DNA of 64,000 nucleotides from Thermoguttaceae bacterium (GTDB lineage Bacteria; Planctomycetota; Planctomycetia; Pirellulales; Thermoguttaceae): NCBI GenBank assembly GCA_031549565.1, contig JAVBPO010000054.1, positions 20,322 to 84,321 of the forward strand, read 5' to 3'. Shown piece by piece: positions 54,418 to 63,947 of this stretch (position 1 is its first letter; each line of letters starts with the position of its first letter). The notes under the pieces were generated by a model. It saw only the letters and a program-made list of their open reading frames with translations, ran no database searches and was not told where the DNA came from. The position numbers and the translations under genes were made by a program.

Positions 54418-56306
54418 TGTTCACGCTCGAAAAAACGTTAAACGGTGTTCGCCTTTCTCCGGAAGAAGCGGTCGAACTTTTGTGGTCGGACGATTTGGCG
54501 TCGATCGCCGAAGCGGCGCATCGGGTTTGTTTGCGGCTCCATCCGGGTCGGGAGCGGACGTACAACGTCGAGCGGAATATCAACTACACCAACGGCTGCG
54601 TCAGCGGCTGCAAATTCTGTGCGTTTTGCCGAACCGAAGACAGCTCCGACCACTATATCCTCGACCGGGAAACGATGCACGCGAAAGTCGCGGAAACCGT
54701 TGCGCTGGGGGGCAACCAGATTCTGCTCCAGGGCGGTTTGCATCCGACGCTTCCCTTTTCGTGGTACCTCGAAATGATCCGTGAGATCAAACGGGATTTT
54801 CCGTCGGTCAACGTCCATGGGTTTTCGCCGACGGAGATCGTCTTTTTCGCTCGAAAATTCTCGCTCTCCTACGAAGAAGTGCTCGGTCGGTTGCGGGAAG
54901 CGGGGCTCGGTTCGCTTCCCGGCGGCGGGGCGGAAATTCTCGTCGACCGCGTCCGCGGCGAAGTGAGCCCGAACAAAGCGTCCGCCGACGATTGGCTGGA
55001 CGTTTGCCGTACTTGGCACAAAATGGGAGGCCGTGGTTCCGCGACGATGATGTTCGGACACGTCGAAACCGTGGAAGACCGGGTCGAACATCTCCGCAAA
55101 CTCCGTGATTTGCAGGACGAAACCGGCGGATTCACCGCGTTTATCTGCTGGACTTTCCAGCCGGGCCAAACGCAACTGTCGCATCTGCACAAAATCGGAA
55201 GCTGGGAATACTTGAAAATGCTCGCGGTCAGCCGTCTGTTTCTCGATAATTTTCGCAATATTCAAGCGAGTTGGGTGACGCAGGGAATGACGATCGGACC
55301 GCTTTCGCTCCATTACGGGGCCAACGACATGGGAAGTGTCATGATCGAAGAAAACGTCGTCGCCGCGGCGGGAACCGTCTACAAAACGAACGAACGGGAG
55401 TTGCGTCAATCGATTTCCGGCGCCGGGTTCGTTCCGCGGCGCCGTGATGACACCTATCTCGACGGATTCGTTCCAAAAAACAAACGGTCCGCGTTCACGC
55501 TCGTCGAAGTGATGCTCGTGTTGACGATCATGGTCGTCCTGGCCGGGATCTCCCTTCCGATTCTCAGCAACTCGCTGGTTAATTACCGCTTGAAAAAATC
55601 GGCGGATATCGTTCGTGCCCAGTGGATCCACCTCCGGATTCAGGCGATGGAAGAGGGGCAGATTCTCTGTTTTCGTACGCTCATCGGGGGAAACCGGATT
55701 CTGATCGATCGGGTTTTGGACGTGCATTTCGCGGCATCAATGCGGATCGACGACAATTCGCTTTCCGGTCGGGAGGATAGGGAAGGGACCCCGGGCTATT
55801 TCGAGCAGGATCATTTTTATTCCAGCGGCTTTTCCGGTTCGGAAGAGGATTTCATTCTCCGGGATCCGTCGCAGGCGAGTACGGAAACCGGCGCGCGATT
55901 CATTGAACTACCGGAAGGGGTCTTTTTTGCCGACACGCTTGCCGTCCCGGACGAACGTGCGGCGTATTACCTCGGGTTCACGGTCGGCGAAGACGAAAAC
56001 GGTTCCACGCAGGACCCGGTCGCCAACCGGGACACGCGCTACGGAGAAACGAAGGCCCGGGACGGAACGCTTTGGTCGGCACCCGTTTTTTTCTTTCCCG
56101 ACGGAACGACTTCGACAGCTGCAACGCTGCTGAAAAACCGATCCAATCGCTGTCTGGAAGTCCGGCTGCGAGGTTTGACGGGAACGACTTCGACCGGTTC
56201 GGTCACATTTCCGGACCGCTATTCCGGCGAACTGAACCCGGAAACCGACGGCATGTCCCCAGCCGAACTCGACGCGCTTCCCAAGGTGAACCTTGAAGCT
56301 CATTAA
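54408..56306 (+). CDS. MqnC/MqnE-family radical-SAM enzyme (futalosine menaquinone pathway), reading in frame into a GspH/FimT-like pseudopilin with prepilin N-terminal methylation motif
   Basis: The N-terminal ~350 aa carry 'NINYTNGCVSGCKFCAF' (CxxxCxxC), 'GGNQILLQGG', 'GGGAEIL', 'MMFGHVE' and 'ANDMGS'. From nt ~55482 comes 'KNKRSAFTLVEVMLVLTIMVVLAGISL', then a GspH-like 'VFFFPDGTTS'. No stop codon separates the two parts. Start at MVLMF (ATG 54408). Confidence 0.8.
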   Translation: MVLMFTLEKTLNGVRLSPEEAVELLWSDDLASIAEAAHRVCLRLHPGRERTYNVERNINYTNGCVSGCKFCAFCRTEDSSDHYILDRETMHAKVAETVALGGNQILLQGGLHPTLPFSWYLEMIREIKRDFPSVNVHGFSPTEIVFFARKFSLSYEEVLGRLREAGLGSLPGGGAEILVDRVRGEVSPNKASADDWLDVCRTWHKMGGRGSATMMFGHVETVEDRVEHLRKLRDLQDETGGFTAFICWTFQPGQTQLSHLHKIGSWEYLKMLAVSRLFLDNFRNIQASWVTQGMTIGPLSLHYGANDMGSVMIEENVVAAAGTVYKTNERELRQSISGAGFVPRRRDDTYLDGFVPKNKRSAFTLVEVMLVLTIMVVLAGISLPILSNSLVNYRLKKSADIVRAQWIHLRIQAMEEGQILCFRTLIGGNRILIDRVLDVHFAASMRIDDNSLSGREDREGTPGYFEQDHFYSSGFSGSEEDFILRDPSQASTETGARFIELPEGVFFADTLAVPDERAAYYLGFTVGEDENGSTQDPVANRDTRYGETKARDGTLWSAPVFFFPDGTTSTAATLLKNRSNRCLEVRLRGLTGTTSTGSVTFPDRYSGELNPETDGMSPAELDALPKVNLEAH

Positions 56307-56378
56307 CAGGCGTGGTTCGTTAATCCGTAGCACGAAGCGTTTCGCCATAACGTACAACGGTAGAGCTTTGACGCTCCC

Positions 56379-57725
56379 CTACCGATTCATGAAATTCCGT
56401 TCGATGAAACCTGTGTCGATATTCCCCTGTTGGAAATCTCTGTGCTGCAAAATGCGGAGTTGAAGCGGAGTCGATGTTTTGATCCCCTCGACCCGCATTT
56501 CGTTGAGGCAGCGACACATGCAGGCGATCGCTTCGGCGCGGGTCGGCTGGTGGACGAGCAGCTTACCGATCATGGAGTCATAACTCGGCGAAACGGTGTA
56601 GCCTGCGTGCGTGTGGGAATCGAACCGGACCCCGAATCCGCCCGGGACGATCATCTTTTCGATCTTGCCCGGCGAAGGTCGGAAATTGTGCTCCGGATCC
56701 TCCGCGTTGATCCGACATTCGATCGAGCAGCCGCGATGCACGACGTCCTTCTGCTTGAACGGCAGCTTTTCCCCCGCCGCGACGAGAATCTGCGTCTTGA
56801 TCAAATCGATTCCCGTTACGAGTTCCGTGACCGGGTGCTCAACCTGGATTCGGGCGTTCATTTCGATGAAGTAGAAATTTTCATCTTTGTCGACGAGAAA
56901 TTCGACGGTTCCGGCGTTGGTGTAACCGGCGCTTTTCGCCAATTTGACCGCCGCTTCGCAGATCGCGTTTCGCGTCGTCTGTTTCAAATTCGGGGCAGGA
57001 CTCTCTTCGATCAACTTTTGGTGCCGCCGCTGCATGGAGCAGTCGCGTTCCCAGAGGTGGACGACGTTGCCATGATTATCGCCGATCAACTGGACTTCGA
57101 CGTGTCGCGGGGATTCGATGAATTTTTCCAGGTAAATGTCGCCGTTCCCGAAGTTCGCTTTCGCTTCCTGGGCGGCCTGTTCGATCGCGTTTTTGAGTTG
57201 TTCGGCGTCTTTGGCGATTCGCATTCCGCGACCTCCGCCGCCGGCGGACGCTTTGATCAGGACGGGAAAGCCGACCTGGTTGGCGAATTTGATCGCGTCC
57301 GCTTCGTTGGTAATCAACCCTTCGCTCCCCGGAACGCGAGGAACGCCGGCGTTGTGAGCGATGACCCGGGCGGAGTTTTTATCGCCGAGCATCGCCATTG
57401 CGTCGGATGTCGGCCCGATGAATTCGTATCCGCAACTGCGGCACACGTCGGCGAAGTGCGAGTTTTCCGCGAGAAAACCGTAACCGGGATGAATCGCGTT
57501 GACGTCCCCGATTTCCGCGGCGCTGATAATGCGATCGATTTTCAGGTAACTGTCGGTCGATTTGGCCGGTCCGACGCAATACGCTTCGTCGGCAAGATCA
57601 AGATAAGCGGCTCCGCGATCGGCTTCGCTGAACACGGCAACGGTTTCGATCCCCATTTCACGGCAAGCGCGAATGATACGAAGGGCGATTTCGCCGCGGT
57701 TGGCGATGAGAATGCGTTTGAACAT
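56379..57725 (-). CDS. accC: Acetyl-CoA carboxylase biotin carboxylase subunit (no accB adjacent)
   Basis: '[24 protein letters not shown]', 'GGGGRGMRI', '[14 protein letters not shown]', 'YDSMIGKL'. Confidence 0.95.
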   Translation of the reverse strand: MFKRILIANRGEIALRIIRACREMGIETVAVFSEADRGAAYLDLADEAYCVGPAKSTDSYLKIDRIISAAEIGDVNAIHPGYGFLAENSHFADVCRSCGYEFIGPTSDAMAMLGDKNSARVIAHNAGVPRVPGSEGLITNEADAIKFANQVGFPVLIKASAGGGGRGMRIAKDAEQLKNAIEQAAQEAKANFGNGDIYLEKFIESPRHVEVQLIGDNHGNVVHLWERDCSMQRRHQKLIEESPAPNLKQTTRNAICEAAVKLAKSAGYTNAGTVEFLVDKDENFYFIEMNARIQVEHPVTELVTGIDLIKTQILVAAGEKLPFKQKDVVHRGCSIECRINAEDPEHNFRPSPGKIEKMIVPGGFGVRFDSHTHAGYTVSPSYDSMIGKLLVHQPTRAEAIACMCRCLNEMRVEGIKTSTPLQLRILQHRDFQQGNIDTGFIERNFMNR

Positions 57726-57959
57726 AAGACGGATCGCAAAAGGAAAACAAGGAATTTACCGCATTTTATACCGTAGCACGGTATGGCGGTAGCCTTCGGC
57801 CGAAGTATCCCGCAGCCGCGCTGGGCTGCTGCCGACCTGCAATTCAAGCGTATTCTTGAAAGTCAATCTAATCAGTGTGGAATTGGAAAAGGTCAGCTTA
57901 GGAACGTTTGGGAGTATAACAATTTTTCCTTGAACAAAAAGGGGCCGAAACGGCGTGCG

Positions 57960-59855
57960 TTAACGCGTCGATTGACACTCTTTCTCATACAACTCGCCGA
58001 CCCGGTTCGCGGCGTCGCGGACGTCCCGGAAGATTTGCGTCTGAACGACCTGTTCCCCCTGCTCTAGGCGGGTCAAAAGCGTTCCCCAGAGTTCCCGCTG
58101 GAACCAGTGGAAAAAATGTCGGGCACGATTTTTCGCGTATTCTTCCTGAACCGATTGGAACAGTTTTGCAACGCTCTGCTTGATTCCTTCCCCTGCTTGG
58201 TTGACCAGGACTTCGCCGGTTCCCGTGATCCCGCCCGTGATCGCCGTTTCAAGTACGGCATGACTCGCCAAAGAGCCGACGAACGCAAAACCGGTCGCCG
58301 CGAGCGTGATCGTAATCGCCGGTCGTGCGATTGCCGCGGCGAAGTCGAGCGAACGAACGACTTTGACCGCCCCGGGATTCTCCTCGGACCACTGTTGCAA
58401 GCTGTCGCGCAAAAAGTTCCGAAAGTCGTCGTCGATCGGGACCAGCGACTTATGCGCCGCTTTGGCATGGTTGAGCAGATTTTTGCGATTTTCGCCGGTC
58501 AAGAGTTCCTGAAGCGACTCCCGCAGCACCGGGTTTTCCGTTTTCGCAAGCCGTTCGAGCTGTTCGATCGTTTTTTCGACGACAAGCGTTACGGTTTGCG
58601 CTTCCTGCTTTTGCAGTTCGAGCATCGGATCTTCAACCGGCTTGTTCGAGAACGAACTCCACGCTTTTTGAATCGGCCAAAGGATCGCGTTTCCGACGGT
58701 TCGGTAGGTGTTATGGATCCGCCGAGTCCACAAAGGACGACCGGTTTCCCACCAGCCGCGAATTTCGTCGATCAGCAGCGAACTGGGAAGGCCGGGCCAG
58801 GTGATTTCGATTCCTTCCGCCTTTTCGAGCGTTTTTCGAGCGTCCCCCCAGCTTTTCGACTCGGCTTCCATCCGACGAAGATACCCGGTCGCCCCGGTCT
58901 CGCGGTCGCAAATCACCTTCAAGGCGCCGTGCAAAGTCTGCGTTTTGATTTTCTCAAAATGCAACTCGGAGAGCAAATCCGAAAGCTTCGGAACAGGAAT
59001 CCTTTCACGAGCCGGGACCTGCGGTCCCGACAACTTCCAAAAACTCAAGCTCATCCCATTCGCCGCCTCCCGATCGTGAGGGGCGATCAGCACATCGACC
59101 GGTTCGGTTCCGGTTTCTTCGCGAAACTGTTTGACCCAGCGGGGAACCTCTTCCAGATCGTGCTCCACGTCGACCATATTGAACAGGAGGATCACCGGTT
59201 TGCCGGCGGCGCTCGCTTCCCGGAAGAACCGTTTGACGGCGGCGTCGGCGTATTTTTGTTCCGTAAGGACCGCGATGATCAGGTCCGACGTTTCCCGCAC
59301 TTCCCGGGCACGCTCCCAGTTGACGGGCGTATCGGAGTCGATGTCCGGGGTGTCAAGCAACAGCAGTTTCGGAGGGACGTTTTTCCCGACACGCCATAAG
59401 AGATGATGCTCTTGGCTTTCCTGGAGCGGATCTTCCGGCTTGGTCCACGGCAAGATCCGGAAGGCGTCGAAATGCCGATGCAGAAGCTCTTCCGGCGTCT
59501 CTTGATCGTACGTCGACGGGTTGAAAAAATCGTTCTTTTCGCCGTCGTTGACCGTAGTGTCCTGTGGTATCAAGCAAATCGGATTTTTTGTCCCGGCCGC
59601 CCGATGGTCCGCGGCACTGGCGTTTTCCCCGGCGAGATGGTTGAACACGACCGATTTGCCGGTGTTCGTCCCGCCCATAACCGCGACGACCAAAAACGGA
59701 CGCTTGGAAAGCTGTCGAACGACTTTATGCTTGAGAAGCTCGTACCACGGCTCCTGATTCGGCGGACGGAAGCCGAACGCCTGAACGCTCTCTCCGAGTC
59801 GATCCACCGATCGGGAAAGCGCGAGAACCGATTGACTGAGTTCGGCAAGAGACAT
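57960..59855 (-). CDS. Large P-loop GTPase (HSR1/dynamin-like class) with C-terminal hydrophobic segment
   Basis: G1 'GGTNTGKS', G3 'LLDTPDID', G4-like 'FNMVD'. C-terminal 'AIARPAITITLAATGFAFVGSLA'. Confidence 0.7.
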   Translation of the reverse strand: MSLAELSQSVLALSRSVDRLGESVQAFGFRPPNQEPWYELLKHKVVRQLSKRPFLVVAVMGGTNTGKSVVFNHLAGENASAADHRAAGTKNPICLIPQDTTVNDGEKNDFFNPSTYDQETPEELLHRHFDAFRILPWTKPEDPLQESQEHHLLWRVGKNVPPKLLLLDTPDIDSDTPVNWERAREVRETSDLIIAVLTEQKYADAAVKRFFREASAAGKPVILLFNMVDVEHDLEEVPRWVKQFREETGTEPVDVLIAPHDREAANGMSLSFWKLSGPQVPARERIPVPKLSDLLSELHFEKIKTQTLHGALKVICDRETGATGYLRRMEAESKSWGDARKTLEKAEGIEITWPGLPSSLLIDEIRGWWETGRPLWTRRIHNTYRTVGNAILWPIQKAWSSFSNKPVEDPMLELQKQEAQTVTLVVEKTIEQLERLAKTENPVLRESLQELLTGENRKNLLNHAKAAHKSLVPIDDDFRNFLRDSLQQWSEENPGAVKVVRSLDFAAAIARPAITITLAATGFAFVGSLASHAVLETAITGGITGTGEVLVNQAGEGIKQSVAKLFQSVQEEYAKNRARHFFHWFQRELWGTLLTRLEQGEQVVQTQIFRDVRDAANRVGELYEKECQSTR

Positions 59856-59860
59856 GGGAG

Positions 59861-59888
59861 TAATTATGAATTATGGATTATGAATTTT
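59861..59888. repeat. Heptamer array TAATTAT GAATTAT GGATTAT GAATTTT
   Basis: Exact 7-nt phasing, starting 5 nt upstream (on the minus strand) of the GTPase start codon (CAT 59853-59855). Confidence 0.75.
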
Positions 59889-60080
59889 GGCTTGAATCGC
59901 ATTGTTTGTTCAGCATATTGTATGGTGAGTGGATCGGCAATACCCTGCTTTCGTCGCTTCGTCTGTTTTCAGGGCGCGGCCGGCCCGCAGATGATTTTTT
60001 CGGCGAAAATGGAAGTTGCCTCCCCAAAACCGTGGGACGTGTTAGAATGGAGGGACGGTTTGTGCTTGTACTGTCGGTTT

Positions 60081-60151
60081 CAGGAGTCAGGCTTCAGGAG
60101 TCAGGACCTCCGAAGTCTTTCTCTGATACCTGAAGCCTATAGCCTATAGCC
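60081..60151. repeat. Heptamer arrays CAGGAGT/CAGGCTT (60081-60106) and CCTGAAG CCTATAG CCTATAG (60129-60151)
   Basis: Units are shared with 27502-, 28477- and 46481- arrays. AGGCTTCAG / CTGAAGCCT are complementary. Confidence 0.8.
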
Positions 60152-60180
60152 AACATTCATCCTCTCTCTCCTCGACACCA

Positions 60181-60816
60181 ATGAAAGTTCTCGCGATTAA
60201 CGGAAGTCCGAAACACGACGGCAATACGGCCCAAGCGATCCAGCTTCTCCTCAAAGAAGTGCAAAGCGCCGGGATCGACACGGAAATGCATACCATCGGC
60301 AACAAGGCGATTCGCGGTTGCATCGGTTGCGGAAAATGTATCGAAAAACAAAACGGACGCTGCAACGCTTTCGACGACACGGTCAACGAACTCGTTCCGA
60401 AAATCATTGAAGCGGACGGGCTGGTCCTCGGTTCGCCGACCTATTTTTCCGGAATGAACGGGACGATGAAGTCGTTCCTGGACCGAGCGTTTTACGTGGC
60501 CCGGGTCAACGGCAATGCGACGCGTTTGAAATTCGGAGCCGCGGTCGTCGCCGTCCGGCGCGGGGGCGGGACGATTACATTCGACCAGTTGAACAAATAT
60601 TTCCAAATCTCCGAAATGACGACGGTCGGCTCCTGTTATTGGAACGTCATTCATGGAATGATGCCGGGGGAAATCCACCAGGACCTCGAAGGAATCCGGA
60701 TCATGAGAACCTTGGGCCGCAACCTCGCCTGGCTCATGAAATTGGCCGAACACGGCAAAGGACACGTCGCGATGCCGGAATCGCTGGAGCCGATCATGAC
60801 GAATTTCGTTCGATGA
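60181..60816 (+). CDS. Flavodoxin-like NAD(P)H-dependent FMN reductase / iron-sulfur flavoprotein family
   Basis: 'MKVLAINGSPKHDGNT', 'CIGCGKC', 'GSPTYFSGMNGTMKSFLDR'. Confidence 0.8.
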   Translation: MKVLAINGSPKHDGNTAQAIQLLLKEVQSAGIDTEMHTIGNKAIRGCIGCGKCIEKQNGRCNAFDDTVNELVPKIIEADGLVLGSPTYFSGMNGTMKSFLDRAFYVARVNGNATRLKFGAAVVAVRRGGGTITFDQLNKYFQISEMTTVGSCYWNVIHGMMPGEIHQDLEGIRIMRTLGRNLAWLMKLAEHGKGHVAMPESLEPIMTNFVR

Positions 60817-60825
60817 AACACCTGT

Positions 60826-61467
60826 TCACCGCCGCAATATGAAACGAATCACGCAGTAATCGTAAAGCGTGTGAACGAGAATCGGGACGAGAATGTTGCC
60901 CGAAAGGAGGAATATCGCCGCGAAATACAGACTGATCAGAAACGCGATCAGTCCGTAGGTGAGCGTGATCAGGTGAGCGAAACCGAAAAACACCGAGGAA
61001 ACGGCGATTCCACAAATCAATCCGGTTGTTCCGCCGATTCCTTGCGAAATGCCGTCCTGCATCAAACCGCGAAAGAACAGCTCTTCTCCGATTCCGGCGA
61101 GAACGCAAATCAGGAAAATCTGGACCGTGGAGCAGCGTCCGAAAAACGAGAGAATGAAAATCCGCACCAACTGTTGAATACGCAGAAACGGCAGGGTTTT
61201 CATTCGGTTCATGACGACGAACATCACCAACATCGGCAAGGTCGCCGCGAAACCGAGCACGACATCGTGAAACGACCACGAAAGTGTCCGGGCCGGTGAG
61301 AAAGCACAAAAATAACCGATCGTAAGCGCGAGAACCGCGAGGCCCCCTTCGACAAAAATCGCCGAAAACACCGTATGATGCTGCTGCGGTTGTGGTAATT
61401 CCCAGCCTTGATTTTGCGGACCGTTCTCGCTCATTTCAATTGACCATGTGTCTGTCTTCTCGTTCAA
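60826..61467 (-). CDS. CPBP-family intramembrane glutamic endopeptidase (CAAX protease-like)
   Basis: 'GIGEELFFRGLMQ', 'FGFAHL', 'LVHTLYD', multiple TM helices. Confidence 0.85.
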   Translation of the reverse strand: MNEKTDTWSIEMSENGPQNQGWELPQPQQHHTVFSAIFVEGGLAVLALTIGYFCAFSPARTLSWSFHDVVLGFAATLPMLVMFVVMNRMKTLPFLRIQQLVRIFILSFFGRCSTVQIFLICVLAGIGEELFFRGLMQDGISQGIGGTTGLICGIAVSSVFFGFAHLITLTYGLIAFLISLYFAAIFLLSGNILVPILVHTLYDYCVIRFILRR

Positions 61468-61619
61468 CCCACCACCATATACTAGTCACGGGACGGGAAA
61501 AGAAAAGCACGGAGCATTCGTAAAACCGTTATTTGTTCGTCTTTTGATGTGATTCCCCTTATAATGAGGTAAGTTTTTTGGTTTCACAACTCCACTCCAC
61601 CATCCAAAGAGGGAACATC

Positions 61620-62234
61620 ATGTCTGAATGTCAAGAAAAATGTCCGACCGTTTTAGTGACTCGAAAAGCCCCCTGCTTCAAAGCGCAAGCCGTGATGCCC
61701 GACGGAACGTTCAAGGAAGTCTCGCTTTGCGATTATAAGGGAAAGTACGTGCTGCTTTTCTTTTATCCGATGGACTTTACGTTCGTTTGCCCGACGGAAA
61801 TCATCGCGTTTTCCGAAGCGGCGGCGGAATTTGAAAAGCTCGGCGTCCAGCTCCTCGGCTGCTCCGTCGACTCCCATTACACCCACTTGGCATGGATCAA
61901 CACGCCCCGCACCGAAGGGGGGCTCGGCTCCTTGAAATACCCGTTGGTTTCCGATATTACCAAATCGATATCCGAATCGTACCAAATTCTTCTGCCCGGC
62001 GGCGTCGCGTTGCGGGGACTGTTTTTGATCGATAAGGAAGGGATCGTGCAACATCAGCTCGTCAACAACCTCCCCTTGGGGCGAAGCGTCGACGAAGCAC
62101 TCCGGATGGTCAAGGCTCTCCAGTTCGTCGAAAAGAACGGCGAAGTCTGCCCCGCCAACTGGCACGAAGGAGACAAAACGATGAAAGCCGACCCGAAAGG
62201 GAGCAAAGAGTTTTTCAAAGCGGCCTACAAATAG
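61620..62234 (+). CDS. Typical 2-Cys peroxiredoxin (AhpC/Tsa family)
   Basis: Peroxidatic '[14 protein letters not shown]', resolving 'GEVCPANW'. ATG 61620 is preferred over the track TTG 61578. Confidence 0.92.
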   Translation: MSECQEKCPTVLVTRKAPCFKAQAVMPDGTFKEVSLCDYKGKYVLLFFYPMDFTFVCPTEIIAFSEAAAEFEKLGVQLLGCSVDSHYTHLAWINTPRTEGGLGSLKYPLVSDITKSISESYQILLPGGVALRGLFLIDKEGIVQHQLVNNLPLGRSVDEALRMVKALQFVEKNGEVCPANWHEGDKTMKADPKGSKEFFKAAYK

Positions 62235-62250
62235 AAGAATCTGCTCCTCT

Positions 62251-62359
62251 TCGAATCAGAGCCGCGCACGAAGTAAGCGGTAATGTGGTTTACGGAGTAT
62301 CAAACCTCGTGGTGCTTTGCACTCGAATACCGCTTACTACGTGCGCGGCTCTGATTCGA
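62251..62359. mobile_element. MITE/REP-like palindromic element, copy 2 (32-bp terminal inverted repeats, 31/32 match)
   Basis: TCGAATCAGAGCCGCGCACGAAGTAAGCGGTA (62251-62282) versus the reverse complement of TACCGCTTACTACGTGCGCGGCTCTGATTCGA (62328-62359). 45-nt spacer, no ORF. Confidence 0.7.
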
Positions 62360-62400
62360 AGGGAGGCCTTTCGACCATTCATAATTAGTAATTAATTCCT

Positions 62401-63381
62401 ATGTTTCCCGTTTCCCGATTACGTCGTCTTCGCTATTCGCCCGCTGTTCGTCGGCTTGTCCAGGAAACGATTCTCGTTCCCGAACGGCTGATTTTGCCGC
62501 TTTTCGTACGAAGCGGGAAAAGCGTCCGCACTCCGATCGCGTCGATGCCTGGCGTGTTCCAGCTTTCGATCGACGAGTTCGTCAAAGACGTGAAAGAAGC
62601 CGCGTCGCTCGGAATCGGGGGCGTTCTCCTGTTCGGCATTCCCGACGCCAAAGACGCCGTCGGTTCCGACGCGATGAGCGACGACGGTATCATTGCCCGA
62701 GCGATCCGGGTCGCCAAGGAAGCCGTCGGGGACACGTTGCCGATCATTACCGACGTCTGCTTCTGCGAATACACCGACCACGGGCACTGCGGCGTGCTCG
62801 AAGGCCATGATGTCCACAACGACCGGACGCTGGAAAACCTTGCCCGGCAGGTGCAGGTTCAAGCCCGGGCCGGCGTCGATATCGTTGCGCCGAGCGGAAT
62901 GATGGACGGCATGATCCGCGCGATCCGAACCGGTTTGGACGCCGAAGGATTCGAAAAGATTCCGATCCTCAGCTACGCCGCGAAATACGCCGGAGCGTTT
63001 TACGGGCCGTTCCGTGACGCCGCGGAAAGCGCCCCCCGATTCGGCGATCGACGAACGTACCAGATGGACCCCGCCGCATCCCCCGGCCAGGCGATTCGGG
63101 AAGTCGCCCTCGATCTGGAAGAAGGAGCCGATATGATCATGATCAAACCGGCACTTGCGTATTTGGACATTATTCGAATGGTTCGCGACCGGTTCGAGGG
63201 GGTGCCGCTGGCCGCATACAACGTCTCCGGCGAATACAGCATGGTCAAAGCGGCGGCGCAAAACGGTTGGATCGACGAACAACGGGTCGTGCTCGAATCC
63301 CTGACCGCGATCACCCGGGCCGGCGCGAATATCATTTTAACGTACTGGGCCAAGGACGTCGCACGTTGGTTGGATATTTGA
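62401..63381 (+). CDS. hemB: Porphobilinogen synthase (delta-aminolevulinate dehydratase), Zn-type
   Basis: 'RLRRLR', Cys-rich metal site '[14 protein letters not shown]', '[11 protein letters not shown]', 'YNVSGEYSM', 'ILTYWA'. Confidence 0.93.
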   Translation: MFPVSRLRRLRYSPAVRRLVQETILVPERLILPLFVRSGKSVRTPIASMPGVFQLSIDEFVKDVKEAASLGIGGVLLFGIPDAKDAVGSDAMSDDGIIARAIRVAKEAVGDTLPIITDVCFCEYTDHGHCGVLEGHDVHNDRTLENLARQVQVQARAGVDIVAPSGMMDGMIRAIRTGLDAEGFEKIPILSYAAKYAGAFYGPFRDAAESAPRFGDRRTYQMDPAASPGQAIREVALDLEEGADMIMIKPALAYLDIIRMVRDRFEGVPLAAYNVSGEYSMVKAAAQNGWIDEQRVVLESLTAITRAGANIILTYWAKDVARWLDI

Positions 63382-63432
63382 ACACCCGACATTCCGTTTA
63401 ACCCGAGCACCGCAGGTGCCGGCGTCATCATC

Positions 63433-63612
63433 ATGTCCGAAAAAACCGTCGCCATTAACTGGATCAACCAATGGAAAACCACCGGCCCTGCGCTGCGCGA
63501 GATTTTCATCAAGGAACTTCAACGTCCCGATTACGCACGAAAAATCGACCAATTGGCTTCTCTGCTCAACTGGGCTTGCGCTCATGCCCCGCCGAAACGC
63601 TTTCCGGTTTAG
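63433..63612 (+). CDS. Possible 59-aa small protein (below the ORF-track cutoff)
   Basis: Hand-translated: MSEKTVAINWINQWKTTGPALREIFIKELQRPDYARKIDQLASLLNWACAHAPPKRFPV*. Balanced composition, better than the overlapping 86-aa track ORF. No homology evidence. Confidence 0.3.
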   Translation: MSEKTVAINWINQWKTTGPALREIFIKELQRPDYARKIDQLASLLNWACAHAPPKRFPV

Positions 63613-63693
63613 TCGAACAGCAAAAGTATTTTCGAACGCTTTACGAACTGCAAAAAAATCCTTGGAAAAGGAGTAAGCGTTTCCGGTGTTATG

Positions 63694-63822
63694 GAGTGTG
63701 GGCGCCTCGCCAGCACAGGAAAAGCTCGGGGCTTGGTTTGCATAGGTAGTCTCCACTTGTGAAAATGGAGTAATGTGTCCAAATGTTCGCCTGCCTCACG
63801 TGCGGGCGAGGCGCCCACGCTC
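63694..63822. repeat. 129-nt element with 18-bp (17/18) terminal inverted repeats
   Basis: GAGTGTGGGCGCCTCGCC (63694-63711) / GGCGAGGCGCCCACGCTC (63805-63822). Internal hairpin CTCCA-CTTGTGAAAA-TGGAG. Confidence 0.75.
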
Positions 63823-63947
63823 TATACTGTGAACGGGTCGAAAATGGTCGTTTTGATGAACCGGTCCGCCTTGGTCGGAAAACCTTATTTTCACCTTATT
63901 TTGTTTGACAAAACAACCTCAGTAGCCGAAAGTATGAATGATAAACA

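Noticed and set aside
56325-56334. The 10-mer CCGTAGCACG occurs on both sides of accC (56325-56334 and 57771-57780), suggesting flanking repeats.
   Set aside because: Only 10 nt are shared and the surrounding sequence does not align. The second copy is part of a small local hairpin (ATACCGT-AGC-ACGGTAT). This is too weak to call a repeat family.
63416-63676. 86-aa track ORF downstream of hemB.
   Set aside because: Its composition is S/P/R/K-rich and low in complexity, with no start context. The alternative-frame 59-aa ORF (63433..63612) looks more protein-like, and even that is reported only at low confidence.
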